Source of the DNA: Candidatus Latescibacterota bacterium
Lineage (GTDB): Bacteria; Latescibacterota; UBA2968; GCA-2709665
DNA length: 64,000 nucleotides
NCBI GenBank assembly: GCA_965237675.1
Contig: OZ250150.1
Location: 2,912,001 to 2,976,000 of the forward strand
Direction of reading: 5' to 3'
Below, piece after piece: positions 10,678 through 19,639 of the stretch (within the stretch, counting starts at the first letter, position 1; each line of letters opens with the position of its first letter). Below the pieces are notes generated by a model. It was not told the origin of the DNA, searched no databases, and saw only the letters and a list, made by a program, of their open reading frames with translations. The translations under genes were made by a program, and so were the position numbers.

Positions 10678-10869
10678 CGGTGGCGGAGATGGGGCTTTTC
10701 CGCGCTATTCCGTCCACCGCCGTCCCGTGGGGAGTGCTGAAAACTTCGCAGGGCACAGCTCATTGCCGCCATCACCGGAGTGGTTCGCGGAAAAGCAGCC
10801 CCGCGGCGTTTGAGCGGCGCGGTTCTTTTTGGTCCTTTTTCTTGGGCGTACAAGAAAAAGGACGAAGAG
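10678..10869 (+). repeat. ~190-nt structured dispersed repeat, copy 1
   Basis: Aligns with the reverse complement of 28191-28215 + 29981-30150. Internal stem CTTTTCCGCG/CGCGGAAAAG and 3' hairpin CTTTTTCTT/AAGAAAAAG. Confidence 0.85.
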
Positions 10870-10907
10870 AAAAAGAAAGCTGAAGGGAGAGTAGATGCCT
10901 GTATTCG

Positions 10908-10984
10908 CCCGGAACGCAGTTCCAGAATGGATTGTCCGCCGACAGGCGACCTGCCGGGAACGCAGTTCCGGGCAAGGATTGTCC
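10908..10984. repeat. Two short GGAACGCAGTTCC...GGATTGTCC hairpin units
   Basis: Direct repeats at ~10911 and ~10957, each with a GGAAC-gca-GTTCC palindrome. Confidence 0.5.
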
Positions 10985-11150
10985 AGCAATACAGAACGTA
11001 ACAGGATGCTATGGGTCAAACGCAAAAGGACCATTCAACGCAGATTCTCGCAAGGATGCGTGTTTCCCCTCCACCCCTGCAGCGGGGTTGAGGCGCGATT
11101 CGTCCGGAAGTACAACTGATAACCAAGTCGTTAGAATATCGAGGTGATCC

Positions 11151-11939
11151 ATGGATCTGAATCTGAAGGGAAAAATCGCGCTTGTGACCGGCGCGAATCG
11201 AGGGATTGGTCTCGCAACGGCAATCGGTCTGGCCAGGGAAGGGTGCGACATTGCCATCTGTGCACGGAGGGAGGAGACGCTCGCACAGGCGTCCGAGCAG
11301 ATTGGAGCGCTCGGTGTCCGCGTTGCCGCCATTCGGGCCGACGTGCAGAATCCGGACGACGCTGGGCGGTTTGTGCACGAAGCGGCCGCGCAACTTGGCG
11401 GAATCGATATTCTGATCAACAACGTGGGCGGCCGATCCGGCGACAGGCTGATGGATTCCAGCGACGAGGATTGGGTGGAGACCTTCGACAAGAACGTTTT
11501 CCAGGGGGTTCGATTGACGCGCCTCGTGGTCCCTCACATGCGGGCGCGCGGCGGGGGATCGGTGGTGTTCATTTCTTCCATCTCGGGATGGATACCGCAG
11601 TTGAGCGGCGCGGTGCAGTACGGCGCGTCCAAGGCCGCCCAAATCTTCATGGCCGAACCCATGGCGCTTGAACTGGTGCACGACCGGATCCGGGTGAACG
11701 TGGTATCGCCGGGATCGATTGTCTTTGAAGGAGGCGGGTGGGACAATTTGCGTCAAGAAAAACCGGAGGCGTACGCCGCTTACGAGAAGAACGGATTTCC
11801 CATGGGCGGACTCGGCTCGCCCGAAGACGTCGCGGACGTGGTCGTGTTTCTGGCTTCAGATCGCGCCCGCTGGGTGAATGGCGAAAACATCCGAGCCGAC
11901 GGCCTTGAGCAGCCTGTTCCGGTGGCACGTCCGTGGTAA
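11151..11939 (+). CDS. SDR family NAD(P)-dependent oxidoreductase
   Basis: TGANRGIG, NNVG, YGASK, VNVVSPG motifs; GAGG RBS. Confidence 0.92.
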   Translation: MDLNLKGKIALVTGANRGIGLATAIGLAREGCDIAICARREETLAQASEQIGALGVRVAAIRADVQNPDDAGRFVHEAAAQLGGIDILINNVGGRSGDRLMDSSDEDWVETFDKNVFQGVRLTRLVVPHMRARGGGSVVFISSISGWIPQLSGAVQYGASKAAQIFMAEPMALELVHDRIRVNVVSPGSIVFEGGGWDNLRQEKPEAYAAYEKNGFPMGGLGSPEDVADVVVFLASDRARWVNGENIRADGLEQPVPVARPW

Positions 11940-12099
11940 TCGTGAAGTGGTAGGGGTAAAACGCCAGCGAGCAGAGGAAGAACCGCCGCACGTGGTTGAA
12001 ACTGCGAGTCGATGGCCCGAAACGGGCGTATTCCCATCGTCTGAAGAGGGGGCGCCATGGGTCGTGTCAGGACACCGGAAACATAGAGGACGTAGCGGG

Positions 12100-12759
12100 A
12101 TGAGGAGCTCGGACGAAGATCTGAATACGAGGCGGTCGCGGACGCGGGAGATTATCAGAAATCTGAGAGGCATTTACCCCGGCGTCGAGTGTTCGCTGAC
12201 CTATGAGAATCCGCTTCAGTTGTTGATCGCCACGATTCTTTCGGCGCAGTGTACGGACGAACGGGTCAATATGGTGACGACCGGTCTCTTCGAGCGGTAT
12301 CCGACGGCCGCGGATTTTGCCGACGCGCCGCTGGAGGAATTGGAAGACCTGATCCGTTCGACGGGGTTCTTTCGCAACAAAGCGCGAAACATCCAGGGCT
12401 GCTGCCAGGCGCTGGTCGATATCCACGGCGGCGAGGTGCCGCGTTCCATGGATGAACTGGTGGCGTTGGACGGCGTTGGAAGAAAGACCGCCAACGTCGT
12501 TCTGGGCAACGCGTTCGGCATCGCCGCGGGCGTTGTGGTGGATACGCACGTGCGCCGGATTTCCAATCGATTGGGCCTGACCCGGCGGCAGGATCCGGTA
12601 AAAATCGAGCAGGATCTGATCGCGCTGGTACCGAGGAAAGACTGGGTGGACTTGCCGCACCTGTTTATTCATCATGGACGGGCGATATGCAACGCCAGGT
12701 CGCCCGATTGTGACGGGTGTGGCGTTGGGGCGCTATGCCCGTCACAAGGAAGGGCTTGA
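12100..12759 (+). CDS. nth: Endonuclease III
   Basis: LLIATILSAQCTD, GVGRKTANVV (HhH), VDTHV, C-x6-C-x2-C-x5-C [4Fe-4S] motif. Confidence 0.93.
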   Translation: MRSSDEDLNTRRSRTREIIRNLRGIYPGVECSLTYENPLQLLIATILSAQCTDERVNMVTTGLFERYPTAADFADAPLEELEDLIRSTGFFRNKARNIQGCCQALVDIHGGEVPRSMDELVALDGVGRKTANVVLGNAFGIAAGVVVDTHVRRISNRLGLTRRQDPVKIEQDLIALVPRKDWVDLPHLFIHHGRAICNARSPDCDGCGVGALCPSQGRA

Positions 12760-12875
12760 CGCTCTTCCACGCAAGAAACGACCGTTTCACGCCCCGTATT
12801 TCGACCCTCAGGGAGGTGTTCGCTCGATGTTTGCTTCTGTCGCTAAGAACGCGAAAAATTTCTGAAAATTGGGGC

Positions 12876-12904
12876 TTGACTTTCGGCATCCGCAAGGATA
12901 AATT
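12876..12904 (+). promoter_or_regulatory. Putative sigma70 promoter for the dksA-like gene
   Basis: TTGACT-17 bp-TAAATT with an AT-rich UP-like tract. Confidence 0.5.
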
Positions 12905-13090
12905 TTTGTCCGCAAAATTCGACCGGGTACGGTTTGGATCGGGACCGGGACTCGGGGCCGATCCAGTTGAGAAATGCTGTGTTGAATTGTGTGCAACTGC
13001 GGGAGAACTGTAGCAATATCGTTTAGGGTTGTCGATATCGGGTGCAGTTTACGGGAATCACATATGGCGCCGGGGAGGCAAAAAGTGAAC

Positions 13091-13525
13091 ATGACTGAGA
13101 TACTGACTCCTGAAAGGCTGGCGTTTTACAAGAAGCTGCTGCTGGATCGAAAAAAAGATCTGCTGAAACACACCCTCCTGGAAGATGCCGACATCAACGA
13201 ACTGAGGAGAGACCGCTCGGCGGATCCGTTCGATATGGCTGGCAACGCGAATTCACTGGAGTTGATGGCGGCCCTGGGCAATAACGAAAGGCGGGAGCTT
13301 GCAGAGATTGACCATGCCCTGGACAAGATCGAAAACGGTACGTACGGTATCTGCGAGGTGTCCGGGGAACTGATCGGCGAACTCCGGCTGGAAGCCATCC
13401 CCACGGCGCGGTATACGATGCAGGTTCAGCAGGAGCGGGAGCGAAATCCTCAAATGATCGACCGGCCAAATCGGAGAGTCATTTCGGCAGAGGACCTGCC
13501 GGTGAGCAGTGACGACGATTCATGA
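13091..13525 (+). CDS. dksA: DksA/TraR family protein (single-Cys, probably zinc-free)
   Basis: DPFDMA (DxxDxA tip), ALDKIENGTYGICEVSGE.I...RLEAIPTA; GGAGG RBS. Confidence 0.8.
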   Translation: MTEILTPERLAFYKKLLLDRKKDLLKHTLLEDADINELRRDRSADPFDMAGNANSLELMAALGNNERRELAEIDHALDKIENGTYGICEVSGELIGELRLEAIPTARYTMQVQQERERNPQMIDRPNRRVISAEDLPVSSDDDS

Positions 13526-13544
13526 GGCGGGGCGAAATGAAAGC

Positions 13545-13581
13545 AAAAAAGGGCGATTCAGGATCCGGTCGCCTTTTTTTT
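13545..13581 (+). terminator. Rho-independent terminator
   Basis: AAAAAAGGGCGA...TCGCCTTTTTTTT directly after the dksA-like gene. Confidence 0.75.
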
Positions 13582-13619
13582 GGCGGGTACCATTAAGGGT
13601 GGTAGCATCCCGGCAAGGA

Positions 13620-15046
13620 GGTCAAGTACTATTTTTAGTTGAAATAGCAGAGGCGTTCAATCAGCGGCGAAAGCGTTTTGCGTGTCATGATCGAGCGCGA
13701 GATGATTGCGTAGGGCAAGTCTGAGGGCGGGAAGAAACCGGAACCCCTTGATCCTCCGCAACCGGGGCTGGATATCCAAAAGGGCCGTTGCCAGCCACCG
13801 GTATCGCTGATCGGAGTTATTCCATCGTTTCACATTACGGGTGCGCTGTGCGATCATGGCGTTGAGGGATTCGATACAGTTGGTGGTGCGAAACGATTGC
13901 TTGCGTTGTGGCATCAGTCCCAGGCGATGGAGGGTGAGGGTTTCTTCGAGCCCTTCCTCCAGGCTGTTGAGGGCCGATGCATTCATCAGGGTCAGGGAGG
14001 GCTTGAGGGCATACAGCGCGGCTTTGGCTTCTATGTGCGTGTCCATGTCGTAGGCACTTTGAAGCGCTTTCTTGACCTCACTCTGCTGTGTCTTGGGCAA
14101 ATAGGCGATCACGTTCTCCCGTTTGTGCCACTGACAGCGTTGAATGGCGACATAACCGGAAAGAGCTTTTGTGAGGGCACTATACAAGCCCTTTGAGCCG
14201 TCGATGAGGCAAAGCAGCCCCTGATGATACTGCAACCCGCGATGGATGAGCGAATCCACAAACTGCCGGCACACGCGCTCATTTTCGCTGGCGGCCTGGA
14301 CAAAGCCCAGTGGGATCTTGTGTCCCTGGATCGTCACGCCAAGGGCGATGATCATTTCCTGATCGGCAAAGGTCTTGCCATCCATAAACAGCGCCACGAG
14401 GTCATAGCCGGACAGAGGCCGTTCTTGAAACTGCTTCAGTTTTGCCCCTGAAGCCTTAATGAACCGCCTTGAGACCGTCGACGAAGACAGGCCAAACGCC
14501 TCTCTGGCACCGCCTCGGCGCAACTCGCGTAAGAACGCGTGGCAATGCCGTTGACCACGCGAAGCAGCAGCCCTTCATCCATCGCTTTCGGGCGCTGCAG
14601 GCGGCGATAGACCTCTAAAGGGACTTCTACATTGGCTTCCACGTCGCGCACCCGCGGCACAGAAATGGGCACTTTCTGATCTGACAAATACACCGATCCC
14701 GGTTGCGTGCCCCACCGTCGATTCGGGGTCTTTCCCCCTTTTCGACTGTTTTTCTGGCCCGACAACCCGTTGACCTCGCCCTGTAGGACTTCTTTCACAG
14801 CTTCCAAACCAAGCGGGATCAACGCCTGGATCAATGCCACGCGGACGTCCAGTTCCGACAGCGCTTCTTCAAGATCCATGCCGGAGGTTAAACCGGCATC
14901 CGTATTCAACTTGACTTCACGGAGGTTCGACGGTACTTTTTTCATCACAGGCTCCTTTGCTTGAGGATACAGTTTTCTTCCGCGAGACAACTGCATCCAA
15001 TTTACATGGGAGCCTCTTCTATTTCAACTAAGATAGATACAATCCC
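13620..15046 (-). mobile_element. IS256-family element
   Basis: Imperfect TIRs sharing TTAGTTGAAATAG (13635-13647 and rc 15019-15031); no target duplication visible. Confidence 0.82.
13657..14945 (-). pseudogene. IS256-family transposase, frameshifted near 14503
   Basis: VPRVRD, LFMDG, IDGSKGL, QRCQWHKRENV, RTTNCIESLN motifs. An extra AG in CCAGAGAGGCG splits AEAVPE|AFGLS. Confidence 0.85.
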
Positions 15047-15574
15047 TTTTGTGGCGATACGATCCAGACACTTGAGAATCGGGCGAAAGAGTGCGATCTA
15101 CGGGCAGCCGATGTCCAAGCGTTGGATGACGAGGACGCGGAGGTCGAAAGACAAACGGCAGAGTTTGAAGAGTCTAATGTGCCGGGTATATACGTGTATA
15201 CCTACCCTCACTACTACCGCAATCCAGTTGTTCCGGCGACAGATGATTCTGACGCTAGGACGTACCTGAAAGTTGGAGAGTCTGAGGTAGATGTCCGTAA
15301 ACGTATTAAGGTCCAAACCACGGGAATGCCTGAATCTGCAAAGGTTCTGCAGATCTGGGTAACAGAGGGCGAGGGCGATTTAGAGGAAATTGAAGGGAAG
15401 ATCCAAGATCACCTGCGTATGGTTGGTCATGGAAAGCCCGGTGGTAAGCGTAAGGAGTGGTTCCTAACGAATGAAGATTCCGTAGCCTCAACCGCTTCTC
15501 TCGCTGGCCTGACGTTCAAATTTGACCACCGGGTGCCTTCAACGAATAAAACGGGAAATGCGACTAGAGCTTAG
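15047..15574 (+). pseudogene. T5orf172/GIY-YIG-like nuclease, 5'-truncated at the IS256 end
   Basis: GIYVY..YLKVG.S..VRKRI..E..I..HL..EWF motifs. The frame is open up to the IS boundary and lacks a convincing start/RBS. Confidence 0.7.
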
Positions 15575-15671
15575 AATGGCAAGAATACCCTCTGTGCCTA
15601 TATTAGTGAGACAATGTCCCATTAGAAATTAGAGAACAATGTAGAGGACGAAGGTGCGCCATCACCTAAAT

Positions 15672-15699
15672 GTAGGGCAACCACGAGGGTTGCCCCTAC
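15672..15699. repeat. GTAG-type REP palindrome
   Basis: GTAGGGCAACC-acgag-GGTTGCCCCTAC; relatives at 30209, 38331, 39201, 39270. Confidence 0.75.
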
Positions 15700-15766
15700 G
15701 CTGGACGGAGGATCCGATCGGGGGCCGTGGTTGGCGTTAGTGGGCCGGGATTGTGAGGCTTATGAT

Positions 15767-15802
15767 CAAAGAGGGCGACTCTTTTTGGAGTCGCCCTCTT
15801 TG
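15767..15802. terminator. Bidirectional terminator-like hairpin
   Basis: CAAAGAGGGCGACTC-tttttg-GAGTCGCCCTCTTTG perfect stem between convergent genes. Confidence 0.7.
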
Positions 15803-15883
15803 CTGTCGTGTCTTTGTCCGGATTTTCGTCGAATCCGGCGCAAGCCGATCTTCATTCACCTGTGATGCTACCGCCGGCGCGAG

Positions 15884-16645
15884 TCATTTCCTCACAGCGT
15901 CGACCATGCTCCGGCATCCATGCAGATAGATGCCCGTATCGACCGAAATGGCGATATATCGAACGCCGGCGTCGATCCAGCGTCTGGCCGCGTCCGGGCT
16001 GTCCGCGAAGGTACCCACGGTGAGGCCGGCCCGATTGATCTGCACTGTCGCCTCCCGCATCCGGTCCACCACCCTGGCATCGTGCACCTGGCCTGGAATT
16101 CCCAGGGATTGGGAGAGATCGTAGGGCCCGAGGAAGACGACGTCGAGGCCGGGTACGGAGATGATGCCATCGAGGTTTTCGAGGCCCTCCACACCCTCCA
16201 CGTGGATGAGAACCATCGATTCCCGGTTCAGGCGCTCGAAGATCTGGCCGCCTTCCGAGAAGTACCGGGCCGCGCGCGTGTAGGGTGAGACGCCCCGCAT
16301 CCCTAGCGGCGCGTACTTTGCTGCCGCAACGAGCGATTCGGCGTCGGATCGGGTGCATATCTGCGGGACCTGGACGCCTTCCGGGCCGATGTCCAGCGCA
16401 CGGAGCACCTGAGGCGGGTCGTTTTCACGGACGCGGACGATGGGGGAAATACCCGCGCCTTTTGCCACGCGGCAGAGGTTTTCGGTGGTTTCGATGTCCA
16501 GTGGACCGTGTTCGGTATCCAGAATGACAAAGTCAAAGCCGGCGTACGCGGCGATTTCGATGAGCGCGCCGGAAGCGAGGTTGACAAAGGGTCCCAGGAC
16601 AACCTCACCGGCGTTCAGTTTGTCTTTCAGGCTGATTTCAGACAT
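15884..16645 (-). CDS. HpcH/HpaI aldolase/citrate lyase family protein
   Basis: GFDFVILDTEHG, RALDIG, YAPLGMRG, FLGPYDLS motifs. Confidence 0.92.
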   Translation of the reverse strand: MSEISLKDKLNAGEVVLGPFVNLASGALIEIAAYAGFDFVILDTEHGPLDIETTENLCRVAKGAGISPIVRVRENDPPQVLRALDIGPEGVQVPQICTRSDAESLVAAAKYAPLGMRGVSPYTRAARYFSEGGQIFERLNRESMVLIHVEGVEGLENLDGIISVPGLDVVFLGPYDLSQSLGIPGQVHDARVVDRMREATVQINRAGLTVGTFADSPDAARRWIDAGVRYIAISVDTGIYLHGCRSMVDAVRK

Positions 16646-16780
16646 TGTGCATCTCCGCGACAGGGGACTGAGTTATGGAACCGTTGAGTCGTTCAATATA
16701 GGCTGCTGCAGATGTCGTGTAAAGTGGAAAGGCCGGTAGCTGATGTGGAACTGAGGTTTCATCCCCACCGCCGGCCCGGC

Positions 16781-16809
16781 TTGACTTTCGACCGCCGCTT
16801 CCTTATATA
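16781..16809 (+). promoter_or_regulatory. Sigma70-like promoter of the small ORF
   Basis: TTGACT-17 bp-TATATA. Confidence 0.6.
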
Positions 16810-16846
16810 TGACAAACAGGACACTTGCAAAGGGAAGGAGGCCGGT

Positions 16847-16975
16847 ATGTCCACGGATCTGCGCGAAATGGCGTTACGTCTGAAGGTCATCGAAATCTTG
16901 AAGCGGTACTGCTGGGTGCGACACCAGCTGAAGGTCATACAGCTATGGAAGAAACTCTTCATCCACCCGAATTGA
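16847..16975 (+). CDS. 42-aa small basic protein
   Basis: AAGGAGG RBS 5 nt upstream, own promoter and terminator; MSTDLREMALRLKVIEILKRYCWVRHQLKVIQLWKKLFIHPN. Confidence 0.65.
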   Translation: MSTDLREMALRLKVIEILKRYCWVRHQLKVIQLWKKLFIHPN

Positions 16976-16994
16976 TAAATGCGAACTGGCTGCT

Positions 16995-17040
16995 GAAAAG
17001 GCGCTCGGGCGGGGACGGTCCGGGCGCCTTTCTGTTATTT
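16995..17040 (+). terminator. Terminator-like hairpin after the small ORF
   Basis: AAAGGCGCTCGG...CCGGGCGCCTTT followed by a T-rich tail. Confidence 0.55.
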
Positions 17041-17152
17041 GAAACCACAGGCGGGCGGTCTCCGATCCCCCCCGCGTCCCGACGCGGGCATATCCCTTCG
17101 AGTTGAATTGGGGTTGCTCATCATCCGCCGATTCGTTAGATTCCCGCCCAAT

Positions 17153-17827
17153 ATGACCTCTGGACAGAACAGGATTCGAGCGGTTTATGACCGATTGACG
17201 GATGCGTTCGGACCACAGGGCTGGTGGCCGGCGGAATCTCCATTCGAAACGATGATCGGGGCCATATTGACGCAGAACACAGCCTGGACCAACGTCGAAC
17301 GGGCGATGCGCCGGCTCAGCGCTGCCGGGGCCCTCGATGCCCGGACCATGCTGGATATGCCCGACGGCGAACTGGAAACCCTGATCCGTCCCTCCGGGAC
17401 CTTTCGTGTAAAGGCAAGGCGGTTGAAGGCGTTCCTGACGTTTTTCGTGGGCAGGTACCGCGCGGATGTTGACCGGATGAAGGGTGTGCCCACCGGGCGT
17501 TTGCGCGAGGAACTGCTGGCGGTAAAGGGGATTGGACCGGAAACCGCCGATTGCATTCTGCTCTATGCGCTGGAGAAGCCGAGTTTTGTGGTGGATGGGT
17601 ATACGCGGCGGGTTTTCGGGCGTCTGGGGCTGATCGACAGCGCGCTCGAGTACCAAGACGTACAGCGCAGGTTTGAGGCCGCGTTGCCCTTGGACGCGGG
17701 GGTCTACAACGAATATCATGCCCTGATCGTGGCGCTCGGCAAGCGCATCTGCCTGCCGAAACCCAGGTGTGGACAGTGCTTGCTGAACGCGATCTGCAAT
17801 ACGGGAGGACGGAATGGCCCGGTTTGA
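17153..17827 (+). CDS. HhH-GPD endonuclease III-related DNA glycosylase
   Basis: WWPAESPFE.MIGAILTQNT.W, GIGPETAD.ILLY, FVVDGY, C-x5-C-x2-C-x5-C. Confidence 0.9.
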   Translation: MTSGQNRIRAVYDRLTDAFGPQGWWPAESPFETMIGAILTQNTAWTNVERAMRRLSAAGALDARTMLDMPDGELETLIRPSGTFRVKARRLKAFLTFFVGRYRADVDRMKGVPTGRLREELLAVKGIGPETADCILLYALEKPSFVVDGYTRRVFGRLGLIDSALEYQDVQRRFEAALPLDAGVYNEYHALIVALGKRICLPKPRCGQCLLNAICNTGGRNGPV

Positions 17828-18638
17828 ATTGTGTTTCAATACCAGTACGATTCGGCCCACATCCATTGTCGAGAAGATCCGGGCGGCGGGCGAAGCGGGT
17901 TATGACTCGATAGAGTTGTGGAACGAAGACCTGACGGACTGGGAACAGGGCGGCGGGAGGCTGTCCGAGCTCAGACACGTGCTGGATGACTACAACCTCG
18001 CGGTACCCGACGTGGTTCACCTCTCGGGGTGGATGGACGCGACGGATTCGGCGTTCGAATCTGAACTTCTCGGCGAAGCCCGGCGGCTGATGGAACAGGG
18101 CGTGGCCGTTGGGGCGCCGCGCGTCATCGCGGGGCCCGCGCGCGGGCAGGTGGATTTGAATCTGGCCGCGGACCGGTTCTGCCGGCTGGTGGAACTGGGG
18201 CAGGAGGTCGGGTGTCTGCCCGCTCTGGAGTTCCTGGGTTTTGTCGCCCACGTGAATAACGTGGAGACGTTGATGGCGATCGTGAACCTGGCGGATCATC
18301 CCGAGACCACGGTTGTGATGGACGCGTTCCACATTTATCGCGGCGGGGGACAGGATGAGGATATCCTGAAGGTGCCTGGGGCGCAGGTGGCTATTTTCCA
18401 TATCGACGATGCGCCGCGGACCGACCGCAAGCGGGAGACCCTGACCGACGGGGATCGGGTGTATCCCGGCGACGGGATCCTGAACCTGAAAAAGATGTTG
18501 GAAATGCTGGCCTCCCGGGGCTTCTCCGGTCCGGTATCTCTCGAGTTGTTCAATGAGTCCCTGTGGCGACAGGACCCTGGGGAGGTCGCCCGGACCGGGG
18601 CGGAGAAGGTGAGAAGGTTGATCGAGTCTGTGGAATGA
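17814..18638 (+). CDS. Sugar-phosphate isomerase/epimerase (xylose isomerase-like TIM barrel)
   Basis: AGYDSIELW, ALEF, DAFH, FHIDD, PGDG, SLELF motifs. Confidence 0.85.
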   Translation: MARFELCFNTSTIRPTSIVEKIRAAGEAGYDSIELWNEDLTDWEQGGGRLSELRHVLDDYNLAVPDVVHLSGWMDATDSAFESELLGEARRLMEQGVAVGAPRVIAGPARGQVDLNLAADRFCRLVELGQEVGCLPALEFLGFVAHVNNVETLMAIVNLADHPETTVVMDAFHIYRGGGQDEDILKVPGAQVAIFHIDDAPRTDRKRETLTDGDRVYPGDGILNLKKMLEMLASRGFSGPVSLELFNESLWRQDPGEVARTGAEKVRRLIESVE

Positions 18639-18655
18639 GCGTGCGGAGACCTCAC

Positions 18656-19639
18656 ATGGTTCAACTTGGCAAGACGGCGATCCCCGGGTCGACCGTGCTG
18701 GCCCCGCTGGCTGGCGTGACCGATCGTTCGTTCCGAATGGTGTGCAGGGCACAGGGCGCCGGTCTGGCTGTCACGGAGATGGTGAGCGCCCGCGGATTGG
18801 CCGACGGCAGCGAGCGTTCGAGCCGGTACCTGGATTTCGATGCCGATGAGCATCCGATTTCCGTGCAGATATTCGGATCCGAACCCGAAGAAATGGCCGA
18901 AGGTGCACGCGTGGCTGCGGAACGTAATCCGGATCTGCTGGACATCAATTGCGGGTGTCCTGTGAAGAAGATCGTGAACCGGCGCGCGGGCGCGGCCCTC
19001 TTGAAGGATCCGTCGAGGCTGGGAAGGATCGTATCGGCAATGGCGCGGGCGGTGTCCATCCCGGTCACCCTGAAGATCCGCAGCGGCTGGGAAGACGGCA
19101 CGAGGGCGTCGGAAGTTGCGCGGCTTGCGGAAGACATGGGCGCCGCTGCGATCGCCGTGCACGGCCGGACGCGAAAAGCGGGGTTTTCGGGTAAGGCGGA
19201 TTGGGATGTGATCCGCGAAGTGTCCGAAGCCGTGTCGATTCCGGTGATCGGCAACGGCGACGTGCGCAGCCCCGGAGATGCGCGGGCCATGATGGATCAA
19301 ACGGGATGTGACCTGGTCATGGTGGGCCGGTGGGCGATTGGAGACCCGTGGCTGTTCGGACGTATCGAGAGTTTTCTCGCCACCGGCGACCGTCTGCCGG
19401 CGCCCTCTACGTGCGAGCGCGTGGAAATGGCAATCCGCCACCTTCGGCTCTCGGTGCAAACCAAAGGGCTCCCCGCGGGGGTGCGTGAAATGAGACGGCA
19501 TCTTGCCGCGTATATCAAGGGCATCGACGGTGCTGCGGCATTTCGCAGGACGCTGATGACGGAGGATGACCCGGAGGCCGTCGAAGCCATATTGAACGCC
19601 GTTCGCCGGAACGCCGAGGAGGTGTGCGGTGACTCCTGA
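18656..19639 (+). CDS. dusB: tRNA-dihydrouridine synthase B
   Basis: LAPLAGVTD, QIFGS, DINCGCP, VTLKIRSGW, HGRT, IGNGD motifs. Confidence 0.9.
   Translation: MVQLGKTAIPGSTVLAPLAGVTDRSFRMVCRAQGAGLAVTEMVSARGLADGSERSSRYLDFDADEHPISVQIFGSEPEEMAEGARVAAERNPDLLDINCGCPVKKIVNRRAGAALLKDPSRLGRIVSAMARAVSIPVTLKIRSGWEDGTRASEVARLAEDMGAAAIAVHGRTRKAGFSGKADWDVIREVSEAVSIPVIGNGDVRSPGDARAMMDQTGCDLVMVGRWAIGDPWLFGRIESFLATGDRLPAPSTCERVEMAIRHLRLSVQTKGLPAGVREMRRHLAAYIKGIDGAAAFRRTLMTEDDPEAVEAILNAVRRNAEEVCGDS

Noticed and set aside
14495-14510. Programmed frameshifts in the IS256 and IS1182 (29064) transposases
   Set aside because: No canonical slippery heptamer, and these families usually encode one ORF. Simple indels (mutation or sequencing error) are more likely.
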